Positions 40,781 through 50,279 of a stretch of DNA of 64,000 nt are shown here, piece by piece. The notes beneath the pieces are model-generated. The model ran no database searches. It was not told the origin of the DNA and saw only the letters and a list, made by a program, of their open reading frames with translations. This DNA is from Negativicutes bacterium (GTDB lineage: Bacteria > Bacillota > Negativicutes > UBA1444): NCBI GenBank assembly GCA_963665275.2, contig CAXXIN010000017.1:32001-96000 (forward strand), in the 5' to 3' direction. Made by a program: the position numbers and the translations under genes. Position 1 is the stretch's first letter. Every line of letters starts with the position of its first letter.

Positions 40781-40862
40781 GAAGGCTTCCCCCCTAAAAA
40801 AGAAGCCTCCGGATAATGAATCCCACGCCCAAACCAATAGAGCGTGTAATTCAGGGAACGCA
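40781..40862 (-). repeat. Two-hairpin element, copy A
   Basis: Similar to 58341-58418 with stem-preserving substitutions. Confidence 0.6.
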
Positions 40863-40893
40863 TAACACTGGCGTGATCACGCCGACTTTACAA

Positions 40894-41850
40894 TCAGAAA
40901 GTATATTTGAGAGTTGTTTCGAATTTTGTGTTTTTGCTGTCATCCAGCAAGGAATACTGGTCCTTATAGACCACTTCCAATGAAAGTGAATCACTGAACG
41001 AATGGGTCAAACCGTAGTGAAATCCACGATTATTGTTATTGAATTCGCTTTGCCCGCCCATATCACCGTTGGCTTCCACTCGAAAATCGGTAATGTAAAA
41101 TGCAGTCTTATCTGTGAAGTCATATTTTGCCGTCACGGCATAGGCTGTATTTTCCGCACTGCGATCAGATTGGGCGTATTCGGCGGTCAGGCTTCCTTTG
41201 CCGAATTTTAGGGTAGTATCAATATCCCAGTGATTTGTAGTATCGGCGTTGTTGTAATGGTATTGCGCCCAAGTTGCTCCGACATTGACGTTTTTTGATA
41301 AATTGCAACCGACTCGTAAAGCGTACAGTTGATTGTTGCTTGTCCAGAGGGAATTTTCCTGCGCCAGCACCCCACTGAGTTCGACGCTTCCTATCCCGCC
41401 GTTGAAAGATAGTCCTTCAACCAAAGCATCCTTGCCGATATTGGTATCCGCACGATTGTACAACAGGGTAGTTACCCCGATGCCGTAATCCTGTCGACCC
41501 AATTTGTAGGTCCAGTTGTTTTTTTGATAAATGAGGCCGTATTGATCCAGCGCCACCACGGTTTTGGTATCCGGGCCATAGACATCCATGTTGTAATCGG
41601 AAGCTCCAAGTAGCGGTTGTGTGACATATTGAGCGGCAAAACGAGTGTATAGCGAAAGACCGGGAGCAATCTTCTTTTCCGCCCGCAATGTCAACGTAGT
41701 CATCAAACTTGATTCCAATGGCGAATCGGGGGCGTTGATCGCTTCGTATTTTGACGAGAGGGACCCGGTTACTTCCACCGGCGCTGCGAAAGCTACCGAA
41801 GAGAACGCGAAGATAATGCCGGCCAATGCACCGGCCATAACTTGTCTCAT
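40894..41850 (-). CDS. Putative outer-membrane beta-barrel porin
   Basis: Signal peptide ending AFA-A, alternating amphipathic strands, C-terminal LKYTF. Confidence 0.75.
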   Translation of the reverse strand: MRQVMAGALAGIIFAFSSVAFAAPVEVTGSLSSKYEAINAPDSPLESSLMTTLTLRAEKKIAPGLSLYTRFAAQYVTQPLLGASDYNMDVYGPDTKTVVALDQYGLIYQKNNWTYKLGRQDYGIGVTTLLYNRADTNIGKDALVEGLSFNGGIGSVELSGVLAQENSLWTSNNQLYALRVGCNLSKNVNVGATWAQYHYNNADTTNHWDIDTTLKFGKGSLTAEYAQSDRSAENTAYAVTAKYDFTDKTAFYITDFRVEANGDMGGQSEFNNNNRGFHYGLTHSFSDSLSLEVVYKDQYSLLDDSKNTKFETTLKYTF

Positions 41851-41868
41851 ACAACGCCTCCTTCGCGT

Positions 41869-42822
41869 TTATTCAATCACAGGAATGACCGGTTTATCTT
41901 TGCCGCGTTCCTGATATTTATTTTCGATGGCGTCTTTCACATGTTGCACGTAAATATTCTGGATTCCAGCATTTTCTCCCAGCCCATGTAGATACGCATC
42001 AGCCTTGATGCCTGCTTGGAGCAGAATTGATTTTGCGGAATCTTTTTCATCGCCAGCCATATCATTGTTGGCGTGATCGCCGGCCACCACCATAAACGGC
42101 ATCAGCGTAACTTTCTTGATTTTGTTTTGTTTTAGTTTCTCAACAACATTTTCCAGAGTCGGATATCCTTCCACTGTAAATATAAAATTGTTTTTCAGTC
42201 CGGCGTCTTCCATTTTCATTTGCAGCAACGCATATGCGGCATTAGAAGGATTGACGCCGCCATGTCCCATCCAGACGACGGCCTCATCGCTTTTGGGTTT
42301 GGGCAATTGAGTTTGCACCGCTTGAATCGCTGTCAAGTAATCATCGGGCTTTTCTTCCTGACCCATATAATACAAAATCGGTCGCCCTATTTTCAGTTTA
42401 GCAAAAACATTACTTTGGATATAGGGCTCTGCCGCGCGGCGCACCTTCTCATATTCATCACCGGGCTCAATGTGAAGAGGCTGTATGATAACTTCCGTGA
42501 ACCCGTCTACTTTCAGTTTATCCAGCGCCTGCTTTTCTGTGTCAAACTTTATTCCATCACGGTCCGCCACTTTTTTAATAATAATGCGGGATGTAAAAGC
42601 GCTCCTTACGGCATACTCTGGAAACGCAGCGCGAATCTTTTCTTCCACCGCTTCAATCGTTACTTTACGGGTATCCGCGTATGTAGTACCGAAACTAACC
42701 ACTAAAATAGCCTTTTTCCCTGTCTCTGCTTCAGCCGCATAGGCTTTTTCTCCGCCGGTGATTACGCCAAGAGATAACACAGCTAATAATGCCGTCATGA
42801 TCAACCAGATGTTTGTTTTCAA
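41869..42822 (-). CDS. cbiK: Sirohydrochlorin cobaltochelatase CbiK with N-terminal signal peptide
   Basis: ILVVSFGTTY, AFTSRII, QPLHIEPGDEY, MGHG, TVEGYP, PFMVVAGDHANNDMAG, GLGEN; signal ending AYA-A. Confidence 0.92.
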   Translation of the reverse strand: MKTNIWLIMTALLAVLSLGVITGGEKAYAAEAETGKKAILVVSFGTTYADTRKVTIEAVEEKIRAAFPEYAVRSAFTSRIIIKKVADRDGIKFDTEKQALDKLKVDGFTEVIIQPLHIEPGDEYEKVRRAAEPYIQSNVFAKLKIGRPILYYMGQEEKPDDYLTAIQAVQTQLPKPKSDEAVVWMGHGGVNPSNAAYALLQMKMEDAGLKNNFIFTVEGYPTLENVVEKLKQNKIKKVTLMPFMVVAGDHANNDMAGDEKDSAKSILLQAGIKADAYLHGLGENAGIQNIYVQHVKDAIENKYQERGKDKPVIPVIE

Positions 42823-42892
42823 TAAAATTCACTCCTTCATTTTAATAATTTGGGCTATATAGTTAGGGCATAACATGGAGTTACGCTCGGAT

Positions 42893-42976
42893 AAAAAAAT
42901 AGCCTCCCACATCGTGAGAAGCTATTTTGGCACAGACAGCGTCTTGATAAAAAATCCCGGCAAAAAATTGCCGGGA
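42893..42976 (-). terminator. Two tandem terminator hairpins after riboswitch 4
   Basis: tcccggca..tgccggga+U run and aaaatagcttctcac..gtgggaggctatttttt. Confidence 0.65.
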
Positions 42977-43042
42977 AGAAATCTAACACAGGAGTCGCGT
43001 CAAAATCCCCTCCCCATCGCGCGTGGGTAAAAACGGTGATTG

Positions 43043-43212
43043 TCAGACAGGCAGTTCTCCTGGCTCTGGATCATAGCTCGCCCAAACCTTCCCAAGACTC
43101 TCGTCCCAGTGGCATTTGATGGGTTCACTCCCCAATACAGTGGCGGGACCGCGCCGGCATTACACCGGACTTCCCTATTAAGCCCTCGCGGGCACCTATC
43201 CCGATATGAAAT
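43043..43212 (-). ncRNA. Cobalamin riboswitch 4 (upstream of cbiK)
   Basis: AGGTGCCC..AATAGGGAAGTCCGGTGTAATGCCGG.GCGGTCCCGCCACTGT...AGCCAGGAGAACTGCCT. Confidence 0.95.
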
Positions 43213-43268
43213 TTTCAATTAGTTCAGGATTATATCCATGAGTATTTTGTCACGGTTTCCGTTTTTTG

Positions 43269-44522
43269 TCAACCTAAAGCCTGGCGGCAATAATCACGAA
43301 AATTATTTACGGCAGTGAAGAACTCCCGCATCATAATCACCCCGAAGTAAGGCTTCGTCGTTACGAAAACACCTTCCTTCGGGCCTTTATCGATTCCGCC
43401 GCTCAGGCGAAAAAACAGCAGCATCGGCCAAAGAACGATTGAAGCGCTCCAGCCATATTTCTGCCGCAAATGGTTGGCATCGATCCTCAGCCCGAACAGC
43501 TGCATCATAAAATCATACAACATCATCGACAAACGGCTAAAATTGCGCCGCGCCGTAATCGGGAACTTCCCTGCGTCGATCTGTTGTATATACTCAGGGA
43601 TGTTGAACGTGTTCGCATAAACACACCCGCTTAAGTAGCCAAAAGCTCCGCTGCCAATCCCTGCATATTCCTCGTAATTGACAACATATTCATCAATAAG
43701 CGAAGCATCCCGTGAAAAGCACCAAGCCGTGCTGAGCCGGTACTCTTTCTGCAAAGTTGCCTTAATCATCTCATACAGGACTTGCCCGCGTTCGTCACAA
43801 ATAATCCCCATCGTTTTTTCAATCTTGTTGCGCGTAGTTGACGCCATCATCAAAGGGTAAAACGTCACCTGATCCACTTTCAGTTTTAAGAGAACATCCA
43901 AATCCCGTTGCAACTCCGCCTCTGTTTGCCCCGGAAAATTATAAATCATATCGGCGTTAAGCGTTGTAAAGATTCCTTGCGTCTCTTGAAGTCGCCGGGC
44001 AATTTCGTCGCCGCTACCGTACTTATGGAAACGGTCTGTTGCGCGCAAAATCGCGTCGTCAAAAGACTGAATACCCACAGATAACCGGCTTACCCCCGCC
44101 GCTTTCAGCGCCAGCATTCTATCCCGATCCAAATGATTCGGGTTCGTTTCCACCGATATTTCTTGGATATCGAAGTATTTTTTGACCCATGCAATCGTCG
44201 CTATCAATTCATCCATCAACACCGTCGGAGTTCCGCCGCCGATATACAGCGACTTGAAATTATAGCCGCCCCGCTCGTGATACATCAGAATTTCTTTGCG
44301 CAGTGCGGCAAAGTAACTACGAGCCAATTCTTCTTGAAACTTGACCCGATGAAAAGAACAATATGTACAGAGTTCTTCACAAAAAGGGATGTGTATATAC
44401 AGCATTAACGGAGCACGGGGTTCTGTCGGATGCGGCGGCTCACCAGAGGTATTATCATCAAACTGAATATAGCGGTTCGACATATTGCGTGCAACATAGC
44501 CAACAAAGCGTTCCAAAAACAT
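43269..44522 (-). CDS. HemN-like class C radical SAM enzyme, most similar to menaquinone methyltransferase MenK/MqnK
   Basis: LYIHIPFCEELCTYCSF, GGGTPT, ETNPNHL, KYGSG, DMIYNFP, QVTFYPLM, IDEYVV.YEEY.GIGSG, MREFF..VNNFRD; MenK similarity recalled from memory. Confidence 0.75.
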   Translation of the reverse strand: MFLERFVGYVARNMSNRYIQFDDNTSGEPPHPTEPRAPLMLYIHIPFCEELCTYCSFHRVKFQEELARSYFAALRKEILMYHERGGYNFKSLYIGGGTPTVLMDELIATIAWVKKYFDIQEISVETNPNHLDRDRMLALKAAGVSRLSVGIQSFDDAILRATDRFHKYGSGDEIARRLQETQGIFTTLNADMIYNFPGQTEAELQRDLDVLLKLKVDQVTFYPLMMASTTRNKIEKTMGIICDERGQVLYEMIKATLQKEYRLSTAWCFSRDASLIDEYVVNYEEYAGIGSGAFGYLSGCVYANTFNIPEYIQQIDAGKFPITARRNFSRLSMMLYDFMMQLFGLRIDANHLRQKYGWSASIVLWPMLLFFRLSGGIDKGPKEGVFVTTKPYFGVIMMREFFTAVNNFRDYCRQALG

Positions 44523-44629
44523 AGGCTCCCCACATTTTCTGAAATTCATCAAACAAAATCATTTATATTATACCTCATTGGGGCAAAATCAGTCGAACAC
44601 AGAAATAACCGGCTTGCCCTTGTTCCACG

Positions 44630-44750
44630 CGATATACATTAACCTTGAATCCTGCTTTCGTTAGACAGTTTCCGCCGAATCCTCCTCATCGCCGGCCATA
44701 TCATTTTGGGCATGATCGCCGGCTACCAGCATAAACGGCATTAAGTCAAT
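44630..44750 (-). pseudogene. Degenerate 3' remnant of a second cbiK
   Basis: IDLMPFMLVAGDHAQNDMAGDEEDSA matches CbiK TLMPFMVVAGDHANNDMAGDEKDSA, then frameshift/stop. Confidence 0.82.
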
Positions 44751-44789
44751 TCCAGTTCTGGTTTGCCAAGCTTTCAAAATTGCGCTCCA

Positions 44790-47700
44790 CTACCCGTCCT
44801 CGTTTCCGTCGCTCCGCTCCTCCAGTTCCCCCTCAATCGACAGATACAATTTGCGCAGTTCATCCAATGTATTTTCTTTGGCCTCCCACATACCCCGTTG
44901 TTGCGCTTCCAGCAGTTTTTCGGCAATGCGTCGCAACGCCCATGGATTGACTTCATTCATCCATTCTTGTATCGCAGGATCGAGCGCATACTTTGCAGCC
45001 AGCGTCTCATACATCCAGTTTTCCATCACCAGACTCGTGGCATCCCAATCATAGCAATGCGCCGCTACCGCCGCCAAATCGGCCGCGCCTTTATAACCAT
45101 GCTTTTTCATTCCCTCGATGTATTTTGGATTCATCGCCTCGCCGCGAAAAACCCGCGTGAACTCTTCTTCCAGGCTCCGAACCACGACTCGTCCACGATC
45201 CGAACTATCGCCGCAATATGATCGGGGAGCGCTGCCCCGCAGACTACGCACCGCCGCGACCATACCGCCATGGTAAGCGTTAAAATCATCCGAGTGCAAT
45301 AAATTGACTTCCCGGTTGTCTTCATTCTTTACCGTTACTTCCATCGTCGCCAAGCGTCGACTGAACCGCTCCGGTAAAAAATCTCCCTTGGCCTTCGCCC
45401 CGTAAGCATAAGCACCCCAACGCACGTACACTTTGCCAAGATCATCAACGCTTTCCCAGTTTTTTGCTTCCAATAATGCACCGACCCCGGCTCCATAGCT
45501 GCCAGGCGGACAGCCGAAAATGCGGTAGCCTGCCTGCTCGCGTGCTTCCTTGCCACGTAATCCCGTCTGCTCCAATTCCGTCGTTTCCGCTTCAATATGC
45601 TTGCGCACATAGTTTTCTTCCGCTGATTCAACCTGCGCCGCAGCCATCGCCACCGCCCGATCCATCCACTGCACCGCAAACGGCATGGAGTCTCGGAACA
45701 AGCCACTGATACGGGCCGTCACATCGATACGGGGACGCTTGAGTTCAGCAAGTGGGATCACTTCCAGCCCCGTCACACGTCCGCTGCCTTTCTGCCACAC
45801 TGGCCGAATTCCCAGGAAATATAGAAATTGGGCAATGCACTGCCCCCGGCTGCGCATATTGGCCCCGCTCCAGAGAATGACCCCGATGCTTTCCGGGTAA
45901 TGTCCTTCTTCGGCAACAAACCGTTCGATGAGCAAATCGCCCAATTGTTTGCCGCATTCCCAGGCCACCGACGACGGCAATGTTCGAGGGTCGACGCCGT
46001 AAAAGTTGCGTCCGGTCGGCAAAATATCGGCCATGCCGCTTGTTGGCGCACCCGCCGGTCCCGGTTCCACAAACCGCCCGCTCAAAGCGGCAAGGGAGTT
46101 GTCCATTTCTTGCGCCGTCAAGGCCAGATTTCGTTGCAACGGCCCGCAGAGATATTCCAACACCTGTCGCAATGCCGACAACTTTTCCGTTGCCGCGTTC
46201 TGCAGCCATTCGATTTCGCATTGGAGTGCGGGCCAGGTGTTCGCCAACTGAAATTCCGTTTCCACTAGTCGCAGCACAAGGCTTCGACAGTCCTCGCGAA
46301 CCTCGTCCAGCACAGCCCCGTAAGTCTTTGCTGTTTCGGTTATCCGCTCGCCCTGGCGATCCTGCAATTCTTCGTAACCATATCCTTTAAGTGCCGCGAC
46401 AGAAGTGAACAGCGACGGAATCTCCCCGTTTTGCAGTCGTGTCATCGCCAGCAGATATTCCACCAGCGAGTCCCCTATTGGAGCATGTCCGAGGATATGC
46501 AATCCAACGCGGATTTGCATATTCTTCAGATCGCTGACATAGGCATGCAGCCGTTCCAGATAGCTCTCGATATTCTCGCCGCCCTCCGGCGGGTTCACTG
46601 TATCATTCAGATTGGCGGCTGTAGCTGCCGCGAGAATTTGCACTGCGGTTTGATCCAATTTTTCCGGTTGGTTCAGTTTATAGTGCCAATACTCATCCAC
46701 CAACCGCTCCACATCCACCAGTTCATCATAAACTCCCGCATGGCTCATGGGCGGCGTCTGGTGACCGATGAGGCAGGCCGCGCCACGTCTTTTGGCCTGC
46801 ATCCCTTCGCCGACGATGGTGATCAGATACGGATAAATATTAGGCAGATCACCGAGCGCCAATTCCGGGTAACACTCGCCGGACAACCCCGTCGCTTTCC
46901 CCGGCAGCCACTCCAGCGAGCCATGGGTACCGATATGCATCACCGCGTCAGCACCGAAATCGTCCCGCAGCCATTCATAAAAAGCCAGATAATGGTGCGT
47001 GGGCGCGCAGTCAGGCGAGTGGTATATTTTCGCCGGGTCTTCACCGAATCCGCGCGGCGGCTGTACACTCACCACGATATTCCCCAACCGCATTCCCGGT
47101 ACAAGGAGGGCATCCCCGCGAACAAAAACCTTTCCCGGCGGAATTCCCCAGTCGCGGGTCAATTGCGTGGCCGGTTTGGACGGCAATCGGTCAAACCATT
47201 TCTGATAATCCGCAGCAGCCAAGTGGCCCAAAAATCCACCGGTTGCTTTTTCATCCGAGAACTCCCGATCATTCGTCCCGCACGCAATCAGGGAGTTCAT
47301 CAGGGTTTGGCTATCTTCCGGCAACGTCCCGACATCATAGCCTTCTTGCTGCATCCGGCGCAACAATTCCAGTACACTCGCCGGCGAATCCAACCCTGCC
47401 GCATTACCGATCGCGGCATTGGTCGGCGGGTAATTATGAAAAATAATAGCGACTTTTTTCTCCGAATTTGGCTTATGGCGCAACCTTGCCCATTTTTCAG
47501 CCTTGCGCGCCAACAGATCCATGCGTTCGGCTATCGGTGGATGGTGGATATCACCACCTCCCCGATCTTCTTTGCTGGCAAAAGGAACACTATGAATCAC
47601 GCCATCAAACTCCGGCAAGGAAACACTAAACGACAAATCCAACGGGGTCAACCCCTCAAGATTATCCCGCCACATTGTTTCGCTCTGAAGCAACGTATAG

Positions 47701-48524
47701 GCCTGCAAAATCGGCCGGCCCAAGTGTTGAAAGAAAGAAATGTCGATAGGACGCCCCACTGTCAAGGAAAACTTCAACGTGTTGATTACCACATCAACAA
47801 TCCAGCCGGATTCATCCCGAAAATAAGTTTCGATCGCCGTATCCACACCGGTACTTTGCTGAAGGGGATCAGCCGCCCAATGGCTAAATACGGGAATCAC
47901 GTTCAGCTCACGCTCCACCAGCGTTTTTACCAAAAGACTCTGATGTTTCAGATCCCCCCAGATCCACTCGTCCCGTGGAATCAAAAGACCGACTGTAAGC
48001 CTCCCTGGTTTTAACCACCCCTGCCTCTTATAGTCGTCTAATGATGCTATCCGCTGGTTATCACGCGGGTTTATAATCCCGCTCCAGGGGAGTTCCTGCG
48101 GCTCCCCGGTTTTCTCTTCATGGCCGCAAAAACGTCCGGCCAGCCAGCGCCACAAATTGCGGTAATTATGCTGCCCGCTAAACAACAGATAGCGATTCAC
48201 CGTCTCAATATTGGCCACGGTAAAACCTTGCGACGTATCTTCCTGATCAACACCGGATCCCATCAACAAATAAGGTTTGCCGCTCTCGCGCAGGAGCTTC
48301 AATGATTGTTGAATCAGCTTACTGTCGGAAGAACTTCCCATCCACGAAATCAACGTAACCGTCGCATTCGATAACTGGGTTTTCCATTCATCGCTCCACG
48401 ATGCACGTGGATCCGCCATAACCGCATCCCCTGCCGGAAAATCCGCCGACAGGGCCAGTTGCTTCAGAGTCTTGTCCATCATACTGGCTTGCCGGGTCAA
48501 GTTGGTAATGAATAAGATCCGCAT
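44790..48524 (-). CDS. cobN: Cobaltochelatase large subunit CobN (CobN/ChlH family)
   Basis: LPEFDGVI, HNYPP, GLDSPAS, QPPRGFG, HIGTHGSLEWLPGK, QAKRRG, GLHILG, LPTGRNFY, RPRIDV..RISGLFRD, HGYKGA. Confidence 0.95.
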   Translation of the reverse strand: MRILFITNLTRQASMMDKTLKQLALSADFPAGDAVMADPRASWSDEWKTQLSNATVTLISWMGSSSDSKLIQQSLKLLRESGKPYLLMGSGVDQEDTSQGFTVANIETVNRYLLFSGQHNYRNLWRWLAGRFCGHEEKTGEPQELPWSGIINPRDNQRIASLDDYKRQGWLKPGRLTVGLLIPRDEWIWGDLKHQSLLVKTLVERELNVIPVFSHWAADPLQQSTGVDTAIETYFRDESGWIVDVVINTLKFSLTVGRPIDISFFQHLGRPILQAYTLLQSETMWRDNLEGLTPLDLSFSVSLPEFDGVIHSVPFASKEDRGGGDIHHPPIAERMDLLARKAEKWARLRHKPNSEKKVAIIFHNYPPTNAAIGNAAGLDSPASVLELLRRMQQEGYDVGTLPEDSQTLMNSLIACGTNDREFSDEKATGGFLGHLAAADYQKWFDRLPSKPATQLTRDWGIPPGKVFVRGDALLVPGMRLGNIVVSVQPPRGFGEDPAKIYHSPDCAPTHHYLAFYEWLRDDFGADAVMHIGTHGSLEWLPGKATGLSGECYPELALGDLPNIYPYLITIVGEGMQAKRRGAACLIGHQTPPMSHAGVYDELVDVERLVDEYWHYKLNQPEKLDQTAVQILAAATAANLNDTVNPPEGGENIESYLERLHAYVSDLKNMQIRVGLHILGHAPIGDSLVEYLLAMTRLQNGEIPSLFTSVAALKGYGYEELQDRQGERITETAKTYGAVLDEVREDCRSLVLRLVETEFQLANTWPALQCEIEWLQNAATEKLSALRQVLEYLCGPLQRNLALTAQEMDNSLAALSGRFVEPGPAGAPTSGMADILPTGRNFYGVDPRTLPSSVAWECGKQLGDLLIERFVAEEGHYPESIGVILWSGANMRSRGQCIAQFLYFLGIRPVWQKGSGRVTGLEVIPLAELKRPRIDVTARISGLFRDSMPFAVQWMDRAVAMAAAQVESAEENYVRKHIEAETTELEQTGLRGKEAREQAGYRIFGCPPGSYGAGVGALLEAKNWESVDDLGKVYVRWGAYAYGAKAKGDFLPERFSRRLATMEVTVKNEDNREVNLLHSDDFNAYHGGMVAAVRSLRGSAPRSYCGDSSDRGRVVVRSLEEEFTRVFRGEAMNPKYIEGMKKHGYKGAADLAAVAAHCYDWDATSLVMENWMYETLAAKYALDPAIQEWMNEVNPWALRRIAEKLLEAQQRGMWEAKENTLDELRKLYLSIEGELEERSDGNEDG

Positions 48525-48526
48525 AA

Positions 48527-48829
48527 TCAGCGCTCCTCCACCGAATCCGTGTAGTCACTTTCATAACGAACAAAATGCTCAAAATCATCCCGCCGGGGAA
48601 AACTAATCGCGGCAGACGGGCACTTTGGCACACATCCGCTGCATAACACCACGCATTCATATGGATGGGAAACGATTGGCTTGCCTGTTGATTCATCCAA
48701 GGTATAAACCCTTTTCGGGCAGAATTCGAAACATACTTTGCAGCCGATGCACCGAGTAGCATCAAGCGTCGGGTACCATTCAATCTGATCCCGGTCTACC
48801 AACAACGTCCGTTTTCGACGCACCTGCAT
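48527..48829 (-). CDS. 2[4Fe-4S] ferredoxin
   Basis: CIGCKVCFEFCP and CVVLCSGCVPKCP. Confidence 0.88.
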   Translation of the reverse strand: MQVRRKRTLLVDRDQIEWYPTLDATRCIGCKVCFEFCPKRVYTLDESTGKPIVSHPYECVVLCSGCVPKCPSAAISFPRRDDFEHFVRYESDYTDSVEER

Positions 48830-48842
48830 TTTTTCACCCGCC

Positions 48843-50279
48843 TTACAATCCAATCTTTTTCCATACATGAATCCGATAGGCCCCGATGATCGCACCGCTA
48901 TCCAGCTGAAGCGGCGCTTCCATCCCCACCATGTGCGTAGCATTGGCGGCAACCGCAACACAGGGACCTTCTGTCGGCAAAAAATCCACGATATCCAGTT
49001 CCGGCGTCGACAACATCACCATGCCATGGATGGATGTGTCTTTGGTTCGAATGTTTCGCCCGATCGCTACCGCCAACTGATTGCCCGTGCTTTTGAATTC
49101 TTCCACCATGCCGCCCAGCTTGCGACGTTTCAGCAAACTTCCCTCATGATCAAATAGAAATACACTGTTGCTCTGGGGATGCTCCACCGGTGTCGGCAAT
49201 TGCCAATTCGCCCTGTTATACGTATTCCCTGTGGAAAACGCCACATATTCGCCGACATGCTGGACATGCAGTCCGGTAGCATTCAGAAACACCCCCTGGA
49301 TTTTCTGTGGGGCACTCAGCGTCCGCGTCCACAACAGTTTTCCTGTAGCAACCAGCAAAAACGCGCGCCCATCAGCCGAGACTCCGCCGAGATATTTGCC
49401 ATCATCGGAAATCGTCGGCCCAAAACGCATGTTCGTGCGGTCATAGGGGGGAACTGTCGCCAGCGCTTGACTCCAACGAAACTCGCCCGTCTTGGCGTCA
49501 AAAACATATACATTATCTTTATATTTTCGTTCCGGACCCGGCGTATAGTCCGAAGTTCCAAAGGTCAGCGTCGTTCCTGCCTCATCCACATCGCACCAGC
49601 TGACCCACACGTCCAGATTGTGGTCGCGAGGAAACTGCATCACAACCCCTTTGTCATCGAACTTATAGATCCGGGCAAAATACTCCGTCTTTCCGCTGGA
49701 AAAGCGGATGGAGCGCAACGCCACCGCATAGGCATTGCCGACTCCATCCACAGTGATGGACATTATGCCAGGAAACGTCTTTTGGCGAATATCCACGCCC
49801 AGCTCATCGACACTGGACTTGCGCCAGAGCTCGGAACCAGTAGTCGCGTCAATACAGATCACGGCGCCCTGTTGACTGTTTTCACCGACATAAATTAGGC
49901 GTGCGTCCTTGGAAAATTCCAATGCGCTGATTTTCCCCATGCCGATCTTACGACTCCATTGCCGGTTTCCCTGCAAGTCCAGCAGCATCACTTCGCCGCT
50001 CTCTGTACCTACAACCAGACGCGAACCCTCCGGTGAGAGCCGGATCAGTCCGGGAGTCGATCCCATCTGCTTGAACCCGCGAATTTCTACCTTGCCCAGC
50101 GGAATCTCGCTGATTTTTTCATACCGCCCCACGCGGCTGACATTTTTTTTGGCAGTCGCCACCCCTTCAATCGGTTGTAATTCAGGAAAAATATGCAGCG
50201 CCAGCCCCACCAGACTGCCAAGAAACAACAGGAATATCCCAGCTGTAATTATTTTACTTTTTATCTCACTCACAACCAC
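48843..50279 (-). CDS. Membrane-anchored PQQ/WD40-like beta-propeller protein
   Basis: N-terminal TM; repeated D..TG...W blades (IDATTGSELW, FDAKTGEFRW, VATGKLLW). Confidence 0.78.
   Translation of the reverse strand: MVVSEIKSKIITAGIFLLFLGSLVGLALHIFPELQPIEGVATAKKNVSRVGRYEKISEIPLGKVEIRGFKQMGSTPGLIRLSPEGSRLVVGTESGEVMLLDLQGNRQWSRKIGMGKISALEFSKDARLIYVGENSQQGAVICIDATTGSELWRKSSVDELGVDIRQKTFPGIMSITVDGVGNAYAVALRSIRFSSGKTEYFARIYKFDDKGVVMQFPRDHNLDVWVSWCDVDEAGTTLTFGTSDYTPGPERKYKDNVYVFDAKTGEFRWSQALATVPPYDRTNMRFGPTISDDGKYLGGVSADGRAFLLVATGKLLWTRTLSAPQKIQGVFLNATGLHVQHVGEYVAFSTGNTYNRANWQLPTPVEHPQSNSVFLFDHEGSLLKRRKLGGMVEEFKSTGNQLAVAIGRNIRTKDTSIHGMVMLSTPELDIVDFLPTEGPCVAVAANATHMVGMEAPLQLDSGAIIGAYRIHVWKKIGL

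Noticed and set aside
46431-48014. Long plus-strand ORFs (527 aa here; also 3404-4174, 11217-12002, 51831-52622)
   Set aside because: Antisense shadows of well-supported minus-strand genes, with no recognisable motifs.
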